Source of the DNA: Octopus sinensis
Taxonomy: Eukaryota
DNA length: 64,000 nt
Direction: 5' to 3'
Assembly: GCF_006345805.1 (NCBI RefSeq)
Contig: NC_043010.1
Span: 2,294,001-2,358,000 of the forward strand
In this document: in pieces, positions 12,556 to 25,970 of the stretch
How positions within the stretch are numbered: the first letter of the stretch is position 1
Layout of the letters: each line of letters opens with the position of its first letter
The notes under the pieces: generated by a model
What the model was told of the DNA's origin: nothing
Seen by the model: the letters and a program-made list of their open reading frames with translations, nothing else
Databases searched by the model: none
Translations under genes and position numbers: made by a program

Positions 12556-12750
12556 CTGTGTTTGTTCCCCCAACATCGCTTGACAACCGATGCTGGTGTG
12601 TTTACGTCCCCGTAACTTAGCAGTTCGGCAAAAGAGACCAATAGAATAAGTATTAGGCTTACAAAGAATAAGTCCTGGGGTCGATTTGCTCGACTAAAGG
12701 CGGTGCTCCAGCATGGCCGCAGTCAAATGACTGAAACAATAAAAAAAAAT
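12374..12750 (+). mobile_element. Abundant tRNA-headed SINE (family A), well-preserved copy with internal (TG)n
   Basis: Head GGAGTGGCTGTGTGGTAAG...GTTCAGTCCC and A-rich tail; many related copies across the window. Confidence 0.85.
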
Positions 12751-12864
12751 ACAAGGAATAATAATAATAATAATCCTTTCTACAAAAGGCACAAGGCCTG
12801 GAATTTGAGGGAAGAGGGCTAGTTGATTACATCGACACCAGTGCATAACTGGTACTTCACTGTT

Positions 12865-13465
12865 TTTGTTGTGTAATGTTGGTCATTTTGCTTTCTAATA
12901 AGCAAGAATTTGTCAAAAAGCCTCCAGGAAAATGAAATGACCCACGTTACATGTCACAGACAGTGAAGTTTTGGGGTAAGAATCTGATGCTTTGGGAATA
13001 CATAATAAGTAATGGTTCAGGAAAGTTGGTTAAAATTGATGGTAACTTGAATAGTGCCAAATGCATCCAGTCACTGTTGCCACAGATCATATACAACAGT
13101 GTCGGCCTGATGAAAGTGTTGCCATATTGAAAGATTGGCCAGCTTAGAGCCCTGACTTAAATATCATCAAGCAAATGTGGACAGAACTAAAAAGAAGAGT
13201 TCGTCAGAAGAATCCACACAATCTTGAAGAGTTGCAGGAGTTCAGCCACAGAGAATAGCATCTCATACCTGTGAAGATGGTGAAGGAATTGTACACATCT
13301 CTTCCCAGGTACATTGAAGCAATTATTCAAGCTAAGGGAAGCCACATGAAATATTAACAATGTACAGGAACTTCTTGAAACGAACATTATGTAAAAAATT
13401 TTCATTTTAGACATTTTTCTGTTTTAAAACACTGTATCTTGATTGGTTGCAAACTTTTGCACAGC
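12865..13465 (+). mobile_element. Tc1-like transposon remnant (transposase C-terminal half and right end)
   Basis: TVKFWGKNLMLW..I.SNGSGKLVKIDGNLNS, DWPA*SPDLNIIKQMWTELKRRV and LYTSLPRYIEAIIQAKGSHMKY*, followed by TIR-like CAAACTTTTGCACAG. Confidence 0.88.
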
Positions 13466-13544
13466 CATTTTTGGAGGTCGTTTAAAATCTTCCCCTTTCA
13501 TTCAGAACCCCTACTACAAAATATAATGATTAGTCAACAAGGTG

Positions 13545-14160
13545 AAACATGACTTGTGTAGTAGTAGTGCCATAGTCAACTACTACAAAGGTAAAGGTGA
13601 TGCATTTGATACAAATAATTACAGAGGTATCAAGTTGTTAGATCAGGTAATGAAGGTCACAGAGAGGGTCATAGCCCAACTAATTAGGGAGAGAGTCAGC
13701 CTAGATGAGATGCAGTTTGGGTTCATGCCAGAGAAAAGCATCACTGATGCTATATTTCTGGTAAGACAGCTGCAGGAGAAATACCTAGCCAAAGATAAAC
13801 TTCTGTACCTGGAGAGAGCCTTTGACAGGGTCCCCCAATCCCTTATCTGATGGTCAATGCAGAAACTAGGGATAAATGAATGTGAGAGCTGTATAAGCCA
13901 TGAACAGGGATGCTGTCAGTAAGGTGAGGGTTGGCAACGATCATAGTGAAGAATTCTGGGTAGGGGTAGGGGTCCACCAAGGATCAGTCCTCAGCCCCCT
14001 CTTATTCATCATAGTCCTCCAGGCAATAACAGAGGAATTTCAAGACAGGATGCCCCTAGGAGCTTCTCTGTGCTGATGACCTTGCCCTAATTGCTGAGTC
14101 ACTATCAGAACTAGAGGAGAAGTTTCAGGTGTAGAAGCAAAGATTAGAATCAAACAAGTA
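13545..14160 (+). mobile_element. RTE-clade LINE reverse transcriptase fragment (pseudogene)
   Basis: YKGKGD...NYRGIKLL, QFGFMP..S.TDAIF, AFDRVP, GVHQGSVLSPLLF and LCADDL motifs, with stops and frameshifts. Confidence 0.93.
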
Positions 14161-16854
14161 GCACTGGGATCGAAGTAATCAACTTAACCCCTCCCTCAAA
14201 ATTGCTGGGTTTGTGCCAAAGTTTGAAATTAATATATATATATCTGTAAAATAATATGTGACAATTATTCAATAGCCAAGATGAAACCCTGAGTTTCAGA
14301 TGCTGAGGTGGAAATCCACACCACCATCTCTTTGGTTATCTAGCCATCTGAACCATATATATATATATATATGCTTTAAAATACAGCATTAAGCAAGTAC
14401 AGAGTGAAGTAACAATTACTGAATAACAAAGGAAGCCAAGTCATGTAATTGATTCCATTAGTTTATGACTGTTTCTTTTATAGGAAGCAGCACACTTTGA
14501 GTTGAGTGCTCGAGCAACATCTTACAGTCCCTAAAAGTCATTAAAATCAAATTATGTTTATTTCAGCATTTAAGTACATAGAAATTTGCTTGTGTAATTC
14601 ATGTTTCCGTATCATATATCTTATATATATATAAAATATATATATATCTTTTATCTTTATCTTTTTACTTATTTAAGTCATTAGACTGTGGTCATACTGA
14701 GGCACATTGCCTCCTTGAACAAGACACTCCACTTCATTTTACTTCAGTCTACTTTGCTACAAAATAATGCAATGCACCCTCAATCTACAATTGTCATATC
14801 CTGCTCCACTTTGATATATCACACTCACATGTCGTGATAAAACAAAAACAAAAGTCTTAACAAATTGGTGGACCGCAAAATTCTAATTGGCAGTCTTTCA
14901 CATTCCATTATTTCTGGCAGAAGCACTTTCCATTCATTCAGTTAAAGAATGTATAATTAAGTTATTGTTAATTTACTTACAGTAGTGATCATAAAAATTG
15001 TAATCAAATTATAATTATTAGCTGAAACACCTCACACCAAATAATTTTCTGTAAGTCACTAAATAATATTTACGCATTTAATTCTCCGTTCGTATAATTT
15101 TTCTGATGTTATGTCTAATTTCCCTTTGCATCATTTTCATTTGTCTAATAGTACTCACTTGAAATTTAGATTAATAGCAAGCACACAAATAAACAGTGTT
15201 AGAATTTATGAAGAAATCAGGTATTACATTGGCTTAATTTAGCTGCATAAAAATCCTCAGTTTATCAGATATGTATATCTCGAGCTTTCGTTAACTTGCA
15301 TGACAGTAAACTGGATCACATATCTAGTATGTAGTGGAGGAAATCATACAGCAAGGCTTATTGTAGTTCAGACATGTGATTGTATAACTTTTTATTTGCC
15401 CTACGTTACTTTACTATCAATATATTTATGTTTTATTTTGTACATTTTAGTAGTAATAACCTATATAAACACGTAGTTACAGATGTAAAGGGATGGGAAA
15501 TGATATATTTTCCCTCTCATTCATCATATGATCTATGATAACATGAACAGTGATCTCAGCAAAAGAATTAATCATCGGAAATATTCAACAGATTTCATGC
15601 TACGGCCTTCACCATGTACTATAACAGTCTCCTATAATGGTTATGGGCTGTTTTTTTTAACATTGTACACAACAATCAAGTTCTGTTGTTGAAGAAATAT
15701 GGGACAAGTTTATATTTAATACAATTCACGTAAGTAAATTAAAATCACTTTTCTTCTTTGAAAAACACCCTACAAATATGAAAGGGCATAATGTGACTGG
15801 GGCTGGATTAAACTTGGAATTTTAAGAAATGTTCATATTGATACATCAGTAGAAAGCACAAACAGGAAACACTATTGCACAATGTTAAAAAAAATGCTAT
15901 CTTAATCCTAAAAATCACATTTTGATAAAAATATATTAAAATTAGAATTTTGAAGAATTATCACATTATAAAGTTTAATAATTGCTTCTTTTTTTAAAAA
16001 TAAAAGTTACATACCCTCAACTAATTGATAAGCAGCTTTCTTCAATATAGTATAACTATGTTGAGAAAAAGACAAAACTAACTTAATGATTAATATTATT
16101 TTAATTATTTCAGCAAGTATAGAAGATAACGTTGTATCACTGAGCTAATATTGTCTTTTCGTCACCATATGAATATTTTAAATTAGAATTTTGATATTTA
16201 TTACATTAAATATAGTAACACTAGCTCAACTATTGTTTTTCATGCAGATGGCACATTCAAGTAATTAACCCACAATAACTTAATTCTTTTTTTCTTTTTT
16301 ATAAAAGTTGGTATAGTCATGACAGAAATTTATCAGTTCTTATTTCCGTGATTGGAAGACTTTGCTCACATTCTCTCCAGCAATATAATTATTCATAACT
16401 CCATAAAACTTTATCAAATAAATATTCTGATGAGATCCAGCTATCCTTCAGTGTTCCAGTTTATCAGAGCATTAATTTTTATGCATTCACTATTAAAGAA
16501 TTCAACTGGGTATATGCTTAGGCCTTCAGCATCAAAAGAAAATCAATACCACCAACTTGTTGTTTGTGACACGAGGATCCAAGACATTAACCTCTAAATA
16601 GCCATCAGACAATATAACTTCATAACAATGCACTTGAATTATATTGGAATGGAACTTGGTTAGGACAGGACAGATGAATATAAATTATATTGTGAAGTAA
16701 AACAAACAAGAGGAACCATTTACAGACTGTCATCATTGATTGTTATTTGCTCAATATTTACAAACGAAGCCTCAGGAAGACAAGAATTTATTGGCCCATC
16801 TTGTCAACATCTACAGATATATTTTCAAGTTGTAAACACTGTAATGGCTGTAAT

Positions 16855-17420
16855 CATTAAGAAGCTCACTTTGCAACCATGTGGTGCCAGGTTCAGTCCT
16901 GCAGCACAGCACCTTGGGCTAGTGCTTTTTTATTGTTAGGTCAACCACTGCCTTGTGAGTGAATTTTGTAGGCAGAAGTTTTGTGGAAGCCCATCGTAGG
17001 TGTGTGGTGTGTGTGTGTATCATTGCACTTGTGCTTGTCTCTCCCCGTTAACACCCCGGACGAAATGCGAAGCCGTATTTCGTCTGCCGTTATGTTCTGA
17101 GTTCAAATCCGCCAAGGTCGACTTTGCCTTTCATCCTTTCGGGGTCGATAAATTGAGTACCAGTTACGCACTGGGGTCGATGTAATTGACTTTATCCATT
17201 TGTCTGTCCTTGTTTGTCTCCTCTGTGTTTAGCCCTTGTGGGTAGTAAAGAAAGAGGTGTTGGTTTGTTTACAACCTGGTAACTTAGTAGTTCTGAAAAA
17301 GGAGCTGTTAGAATAAGTTCAGATATGTATAAAACAAGTATGTGGGTGAGAGCAATTTATAGAACTAAACCCTTTAAGACAGTGTTCCAGCACAGCTGCA
17401 GCTCAATGACTGAATCAAAT
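16855..17420 (+). mobile_element. Nested SINEs (family B inserted in family A)
   Basis: Family A head at ~16860; family B body GTTCTGAGTTCAAATCCGCCAAGGTCGACTTTGCC at ~17095; family A tail resumes at ~17255. Confidence 0.7.
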
Positions 17421-17589
17421 AAAAGACATGATACACTTGTTTGTAATCTGTGGTCTATCTAGTTATCAGCAGCAGCTATGCGTCTATTTATTTAATATAT
17501 AGAGAAAGTAGGGTCTAGCAAGAAGACAGACAAAATCAACTGACCAATCATTTTAACACCAATAGATGAATCTTCAAAGTGTATAATGA

Positions 17590-17895
17590 AGAAGGGATGA
17601 CCCAGGCTGTGGTAAAAAGGAAACTGCTTTATGAGATAAGGGCCAAGCAATTGAGATTTCTTGGTCATACGATGACGGAAGAGGGCCTGGAGAATTTAGC
17701 AATGATCAGAAAAATTGAAATGTAAAGAAACAAAGGAAGAGAGATGATATGGATGTCAAGCTTGGTGAACTCTTTGGAAGAAAAAGCATTAAACAGCAAG
17801 AAGTGGAACTGTTGCAGAAAACAAAGAACAGAGAATTGTAGCAGGACATGATTGCCAATGTCCAACACTCTGGACACGGCACTTAAGATGAAGAT
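17590..17895 (+). mobile_element. RTE (BovB-like) LINE 3' fragment
   Basis: RKLLYEIRAKQLRFLGHTMTEEGLENLAMIRKIE, then MIANV..SGHGT* in a shifted frame. Confidence 0.8.
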
Positions 17896-18136
17896 GCATC
17901 TTCAAGCTGCAAATATTGTTAAGCAATGTATCAACAGCAAACCACTGAGCTGTATAGCTAATATCTACAGTGGTCATTTCATTGACCCCCAAAGCAGTGA
18001 AAGATGAATTCAAGGCCTTGTTTGGACATAATTGGTTTCTCATTCAAGTTTTTAAATAGTTGGTATTTCTCACTGCAGAAAAACAACAACAAATGAAACT
18101 GCAAGCAAATGTACAAGGTTAGTTATCTACTGATAT

Positions 18137-18207
<71 letters not shown>

Positions 18208-18769
18208 TTGAGAAATGAAGGAAATCTCAAATGCATTTCTAAAATACCAATTCATTTGGCACTCAGCCTGGGGCTGAGCAAAGCCTGTATGACAGAAGTT
18301 CAAGGTGCCATGCAGTGGGACTGAACCCCAAACAAAAAGGCTGGAAACTAAGATTCTTAACCACACAAACACAAGTACTTTTAGAGGGTTCAGTTAGGAT
18401 CGATTATATTGACTCAATATGTTATTGGTGCTTGTTATATTAACTCTGTAATGATGAAAGACTAAGTCAACTATGCCCTGGGTTAGAATTCAGAACAAAA
18501 GGGATACAATAAAATGGATTTGGAGGGCCCACAAAGGCCATCAGCACAACCCCACATCCACCAGAGCAAGGCAATTAAAAAGAACAAAGAAAATGTAAGA
18601 CATTTGTTCTAAGTCTCTAATGATCCTGCCAATCAACTGCTCTATATGATAATTAAGCAAATAAAGAGGCTGTAATATATGTATTAAGTACAATTTACAT
18701 TCTTCATAGAAGGCAATTACAAAATGTAAAACGTACATATGCACACCCCTTTCATTTACCCTCCCTTGT

Positions 18770-18934
18770 GCATGGCTATGTGGTTCAGAAGCTTGCTTAG
18801 TAACCATGTGGTTTTGGGTTCAATCCCACAATATGGCACCTTGGGCTAGAGTCTTCTATTATAGCCTTGAAATGACCAATACATTGTGAGTAAATTTGGG
18901 TTGGGGAGTTGTGTCAGACAAAATATGTAATAGA

Positions 18935-18976
<42 letters not shown>

Positions 18977-19445
18977 CATGGTTTAGGCTTGGGTGTGTGG
19001 TTAAAAAGCTTGCTATGAAACCATGTGGTTTCACGTTCAATCTCACTGCACAGCTCTTTCATCGCAGGTTGTCTACTATAGCACTGAACCAATCCATGCC
19101 TAGTGGGTGAATTTGGTAGACAGAAATAGTGTGGAAGCCCACTGTCTGTTGTGTGTGTATATATATCTGTCTGTGCATGTATGTGTGTTTGTGTGTCTGT
19201 ATGTGTGTGTGTCTTTGTGTCTGTGTGTATGAGTCTTTGTGTTTGTCCTCCATCCCAGCTTGAGAACTGGTGTTGGTTTGTTTATATCATTGGAACTTAG
19301 CAGTTTGATAAAAGTGACCAATAAAATAAGTACCTGACTTAAAAATAAGAACTGGGTTCTATTTGTTTGATTAAAATTTTCAAGGTGCTGCTGCAGCATG
19401 GCCAAATGACAAATTGCTGAAACAAGTAAAAGATAAATGATACTG
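18770..19445 (+). mobile_element. Two adjacent family A SINE copies
   Basis: Two tRNA-like heads (~18770 and ~18985) and one complete tail. Confidence 0.7.
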
Positions 19446-19570
19446 AAAAACAATCTGCCCTCCAAGAAATGAAAAGCCATCACTCTTTAGAGAATATGGT
19501 TTATTTTATTCTATAGGCGCTATTCAAAAATCTGTCACATTCATACACATGAAAACATATAACCAATCAT

Positions 19571-19601
<31 letters not shown>

Positions 19602-19875
19602 AATATTGAACGATGAAAATGAGTGCTTGACACTGCATTGGTAGATAAAGATTCTTTATATATCTATTGAGTCTACTGTTGGTTATATGTTAAGGAATAG
19701 CTCCACAATTACCAAGCCTCTCACATGCAATATAAGTATTCATCTCCATTTTGGATTAAAACAATCCAAAATTTAATTCTATATGAAGACAAACACCAAC
19801 ATTTCATGTGATAGGATTAATAATTGTTAAGGTATTCCTTAACAAGAAACCAATGGTAGCCTTAATACACAAATA

Positions 19876-19915
<40 letters not shown>

Positions 19916-19959
19916 TACAACAATGATTGAAGCAAGTATATATATATATATATATATAT

Positions 19960-20140
19960 ATTAATTGTTATCGCCATATTAATATGGCAGTCTTATAGAT
20001 ATAAGACTAAAAGTTGTCGCTGATTAGCTCCATGAGGCCATCGCCTTAAGATATCTATAAGACTGCCATATTAATATGGCGATAACAATTAATTTCCAGT
20101 AACGCTGCCGTAATCTCTTTTAGAGAGACTTAGTAATTTT
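19960..20140. mobile_element. Short hairpin element with 43-bp perfect inverted arms, related to 32838-33280
   Basis: 19960-20002 is the exact reverse complement of 20051-20093; the spacer and right flank match segments of the 32.8-33.3 kb element. Confidence 0.75.
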
Positions 20141-20159
20141 AATATTTTTATTATATATA

Positions 20160-21170
20160 TATATATACACATATATATCTGTGTGTGTGTATGTGTGTGT
20201 GTGCTAGCACAAAATTGCAAACTATCTAAAGAAAACAGAACAAACTTTCAAAACAACACACACACATAAACTCATATAAACACACACATATATTTATATA
20301 TTTCCTATAAAAAAAAGTAAACAACCGTGGAAAACTGCACACTCAGACACATACACACAAAGACACAGTCAAGCAAATAAATAGTACATACATATGCACA
20401 CATGCATAAACACACATACACATGCACAAGTAGATACATGCACACACAAGCATACCTATACATAGAAACACAAACAAAATCAGTAACAATACAAACATGC
20501 ATGCATACACACTTGCATACACACACACACACACTTGGACAAACAAAAAACACACATACATACAAACACTCAAGTACATACATGCATACACAAACATACC
20601 TAAACACATGCAGGCAAAAAGAATACCTACGCAAAGCAAAAGCACTCACATAGCGAAATACACACATGGACACACTAGCACACACACACACACACAGACA
20701 CACACACACAAACAAAGAAGTACCCATGCAAACAGACATGTGAAAACCAAAAGAAAGCTCTGAAACCGATGCATAAACACACACACAGACACAAATACAA
20801 TGCTCACACACATGCACATACACAGAAATGCAAACGTGCACACCTACACATACACACAAACAAATTGGACACACATACACACACACATACACACACATTC
20901 ACACATATCCTGAAAAAATAAAAGCATTTTTGGAAAAATCCACACACAAACAAAATGTGCACACACACATATATAAACAAAAATGCACACACACACACAC
21001 ATACACAAACAAAAATACACATGTATACACAAACTAAAAGTGCATACACACACGCATAAACAAGAAGCATACAAACACACACACACACATAAACAAGAAG
21101 CATAGAAACACACACACACACATATAAAGCACACACACACACATGAATGCACACTGGTACAAACATACGC
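20160..21170. repeat. ~1-kb degenerate (CA)-rich tract
   Basis: Directly visible; source of the CVCV/HTHT ORFs. Confidence 0.9.
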
Positions 21171-21397
21171 GTAAGTGATGCGGTGTTGTAGATAATGCAT
21201 TAATTCAAATTTCATTTAATCAATGACATGAGTGAGAGTTTGATAATTAATTGTGACAGTTTTTCTTTTATTAACCTCAACTAGAACAATAACGAAGAGA
21301 AGCTGTAGAAGAGTCTGAAAGAGATGTTCAGTTTTAAATCTCATTGTAGCAACCTCTGCTTCTTCAGCTGCATTCGTACTGATAACATATATATATA

Positions 21398-21440
<43 letters not shown>

Positions 21441-21565
21441 GTGCACGAGAATATGTATCTTATGTGTGTGTGTGTGTGTGTGAGTATCTTTATATATATG
21501 TATACATATATCTTTACATATATATATATATATATTTATAAATATAAATTATGGCAGTGACTCCA

Positions 21566-21613
21566 TCTAAGAATATCTGAGGAAAGAATATTATTCCGAA
21601 ATATCATTTCAGA
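21566..21613 (+). ncRNA. Minimal type I hammerhead-ribozyme-like motif, copy 1
   Basis: CTGAGGA (21577-83), A-AGAAT-ATT-ATTCC stem II, GAAA (21598-601), self-complementary ATAT stem III, AUC triplet; bulged stem I. Confidence 0.55.
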
Positions 21614-21760
21614 CTATGGCTGACTAAATTACAACAGGTATATAGACCATTGTCTGTATTATAGTACATTGTTGTACCATTCAAAACTTTTTATTCTTTA
21701 CAATATATATATATATAATATATATGTATACACACATCTTTACACATAATATATATATAT

Positions 21761-21805
<45 letters not shown>

Positions 21806-21926
21806 GTGCACGAGAATATGTATCTTATGTGTGTGTGTGTGTGTGAGTATCTTTATATATATGTATACATATATCTTTACATATATATATATATATTTAT
21901 AAATATAAATTATGGCAGTGACTCCA

Positions 21927-21974
21927 TCTAAGAATATCTGAGGAAAGAATATTATTCCGAAATATCATTTCAGA
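21927..21974 (+). ncRNA. Minimal type I hammerhead-ribozyme-like motif, copy 2
   Basis: Identical to copy 1; CTGAGGA at 21938-44, 361 nt downstream. Confidence 0.55.
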
Positions 21975-22094
21975 CTATGGCTGACTAAATTACAACAGGT
22001 ATATAGACCATTGTCTGTATTATAGTACATTGTTGTACCATTCAAAACTTTTTATTCTTTACAATATATAATATATATGTATACACACATCTTT

Positions 22095-22131
<37 letters not shown>

Positions 22132-22143
22132 CTTAAATATCTT

Positions 22144-22183
<40 letters not shown>

Positions 22184-22649
22184 AATATCGTTATATGTGT
22201 ATATATATGTAATGGGAGAAAGCGCTAATGATCTAAGTGATATGATATATATATAAAAAATGTAATATACAAATACATATCTGTAAATATAAACCATCCG
22301 GATTTCTGAGTACCTCATTTCTTCTAATATATAATACCTGTACATCATCTCCAAACCTTTCTATACATATATGTATATATATATATTTATATATATATAT
22401 ATATTGCTTTATATATATCATTTAATATATACAGGATTTAAATGTAAGCTGCTATAAGTTTCATACTCTGTTGGTACAATAGTAAGACAAGTTTGTATTG
22501 TGTGTCATGTACTACCATGCAATCTTTCAGGCTACACCGGCAAAATAGCTGGCCTTATACTAAAATCAGAATTGTTTTTCTTGGTGTTTCAAGTTTGATG
22601 TGTGTGAGTGTGTGTGCGTGAGTGTACATATATATATATATATACATAT

Positions 22650-24830
22650 ATTAGGCATGGCTATGTGGTAACAAGTTTGAATTCCTCTTACATGGTCTTG
22701 GGTTCAGTCCCACTGAATGGCACCTTGGGCAAGTGTCTTCTTTGATACCTGTAGCCTCAGGCTGACCAACCCTTGCAACGGAAACTGACAAAAATCTGTT
22801 GTGTGCGTATATATTTGAATACATATAGATATGTATATGGTAGTGTGTGCATGTCTTTGTGCTTCACAAACAGCGTTGGTGTCTCAGCAGTTCAGCAAAA
22901 GAGACTGATAGAATATGTACCAGGGTGGGACAAACATTAACACAAAGACAAATACACACACACATATGATGGGCTTCTTTCAGTTTCCGTCTACCAGATC
23001 CACTTACAAGGCTTTGGTCAACCCAAAACCATAATAGAAAACACTTGTCCAAGATACCATGCAGTGGGACTGTACCCAGAACCATGTGGTTGGTAAGCAA
23101 GTTTTTAACCATACAGCCATGCCTGCACCTATATACACATACATACATACATACATGCAAATATACATACAATTACACATAAATGAATACATATATATGC
23201 ACACAATAGACACAGACCCCAAAAAAGAAGTTAAAAAGCATGTCTGTAAGAGTATCTCTGGACAAATTCTGCTGTAAATTTTGCCTATCACAATGTATAT
23301 ACTTTAGGTATGATACATAAATGGCTATTTTAATCAAACACTGCATTTGCTGAAAGCATATGTGTGTTGATGTTTGTATGAGTGTCTTCATATGTGCAGC
23401 AAGATTGAATGGTTAAGATAATTTCCTTGCAACCAAAAGATCCTAGATTTGACTTCATAACATAACATTTTTGTTGTGAGTGATAAAAAAATAGCCTCAG
23501 ATTAACCGAAATGTTTTGGGTGAAATTACATGGACAGAATCTACATGGGAGATCTGCCAAATGAATTGTTTCCATAGTTCAAAAGCACATCTTTGTCAGA
23601 CACAGCATGCCACACACACGGTATCCCACTGATTCTACATGTGGATTACATTAAGAATAATGAGAAATATTGAGCCTCTTACAAGTTAATTTAATCTGTA
23701 GACAAGTCCATCTGACTGAAAAACTAAAACCTCATCTTCAAAAGCAATGGAGAACTAAATATTCACACACATACACACATGCATACACACATATATAGGC
23801 ACAGGTGTGCCTATATATATTGGTTGGTAAGAGGTTTGCTTCCCAACCCAATGGTTTGAGGTTCAGTTCCACTGCATGGCACTTTGAGCAAGGGTCTTCT
23901 ATTATAACCTTGGGTCAACCAAAGCATTGTGAGTGGATTTGAAAGACGGAACCTGAAAGGAGCCCACCGAATACATGTGTGTGTGTGTGTGTGTGTGTTT
24001 GTGTGTGTTTTGTGCTAGTGTTTGACAACCAGAGTTGGTGTGTTTACATCTCCATAACTTAGTGGTTTGTCAAAAGAGATCAACAGAACAAATATCAGAC
24101 ATAAAAAGAAAAGCACTTGTTCATCTAAAATTCTTCAAAGCAGTGCCCCAGCATGGCCATAGTCTAATGACTGAAACAAGTAAAAGATAAGAAAAGATAA
24201 AGGGGACACACACACATACACAGAAACACCCCCCCGCACACACACATGAGTGCGTGGGGAGGCTGGTACAGGCATATTTGTATGGTTAGAAAGTTTGCTT
24301 CTCAGCCATGTGGCTTTGGATACGGTCCCACGGCATGGTACCTAAGGCAACTGTCTTCTACTACAACCTTGAACTGACCAATAACTTGTGAGCAGATTTG
24401 GTAGGCAGAAATTTAACAAGCTGGCAGAAACGTTAGCACTCCGGGCAAAATGCTTAGCGGTATTTCGTCTGCCGCTACATTCTGAGTTCAAATTCCGCCG
24501 AGGTCAATTTTGCCTTTCATTCTTTTTGGGGTAGATTAAATAAGTACCAGTTACACACTGGGGCCAATATAATCGACTTAATCTGTTTGTCTGTCCTTGT
24601 TTGTCTCTTCTGTGTTTAGCCTCTTGTGGGTAGTAAAGAAATAGTTATTTTGTCTGCCATTACATTCTGAGTTCAAATTCCACCGAGGTCGACTTTGCCT
24701 TTCATCCTTTCGGGGTCGATAAATTAAGTATTAGTTACACACTGGGGTAGATGTAATCGACTTACTCCCTTTGTCTGTCCTTGTTTGTACCCTCTATGTT
24801 TAGCCCCTTGTGGGCAATAAAGAAATAAGA
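22650..24830. mobile_element. Cluster of family A and family B SINE copies
   Basis: Family A at ~22650-22930 (+), ~22970-23130 (-), ~23800-24195 (+) and ~24275-24415 (+); a tandem family B pair at ~24420-24830 (+). Confidence 0.75.
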
Positions 24831-25384
24831 AATTGTAACAAGCCCATCATATGTGTGTGCATGCATGTGTGTGTGTGTATGAGTGCATGTGTACTTAATT
24901 GTGTGTGTGCATGAGTATGCATTGTCATTTAGATACGTGTGCTGACAGCAAATGTGTCAGTATAAAAGGTATCACTTGTTTACAGATCTCTGTGAAAGCA
25001 TTTACGGACATTTTCTTGTTTGATAGATAAGTCCCTTTGCTTGAAAATAGGTGAGGGTTGTAACAGCAAGAGCATCCGGCAGCAGAGAAAAAATTCTGTC
25101 TCAACAAAGTTATCATCTGACCCATGCAAGCAAAGAAATATAGTCACTGATGATGATATAAATACATGCATATGTATGTATGTATGTACATGTGTATGTA
25201 TGTATGTATGTATGTATGCATGTATGTGTGTATGCATGTAATGTATGTATGTAATGTATGTAGGTATGTGTGTGTTTGTGTGTGCCCATGTATGTATGTG
25301 CGTATGTAATATTTTTCATTAACCAAAATTGCTATTAAAGTGGATCAAAGGTATTTTACTGTTTTCTGCTAATCTATTTATCAA

Positions 25385-25415
<31 letters not shown>

Positions 25416-25641
25416 TCTTCATGCATATACATACATATCTATGCACAAAACCCTTGAGTCACATGGGTTGCAATGTCAATTAATAAGACATATGATATAT
25501 ATATAAACATATATATATATATACACATATACATATATACATACACATATACATATATACATACATACATACATATATTTTTTATCTTTTTATTTATTTT
25601 ATCTAGTTTCAGCTCATGAGCTGTGGCCATGCTGGGGCACC

Positions 25642-25673
<32 letters not shown>

Positions 25674-25684
25674 GTATGTATATA

Positions 25685-25687
25685 TAC

Positions 25688-25741
<54 letters not shown>

Positions 25742-25828
25742 ATGCATGCATACACACATACATACATACATACATACAGACAAACAGACAGATTGATAGA
25801 TAGATCAATAGATAAACATATAAATAGG

Positions 25829-25883
<55 letters not shown>

Positions 25884-25896
25884 GTAGATAGTTAGT

Positions 25897-25967
<71 letters not shown>

Positions 25968-25970
25968 TCA
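25685..25970. repeat. (GATA)n microsatellite tract
   Basis: Directly visible. Confidence 0.95.

Larger units (their letters stand above)
21439..22099. repeat. Tandem duplication (21439-21747 and 21804-22099) joined by (TA)n
   Basis: Non-microsatellite core is identical in both copies; only the (TG)n/(TA)n run lengths differ. Confidence 0.93.

Noticed and set aside
16300-16850. Decayed RT-like ORF on the minus strand (FSFDAEGLSIYP)
   Set aside because: Only one weak motif resemblance with many stops; cannot be assigned without a search.
21330-21375. Hammerhead on the minus strand (CTGAAGA-AGCA-GAGGT-TGCT)
   Set aside because: Followed by ACAA instead of GAAA, with no closing stem I.
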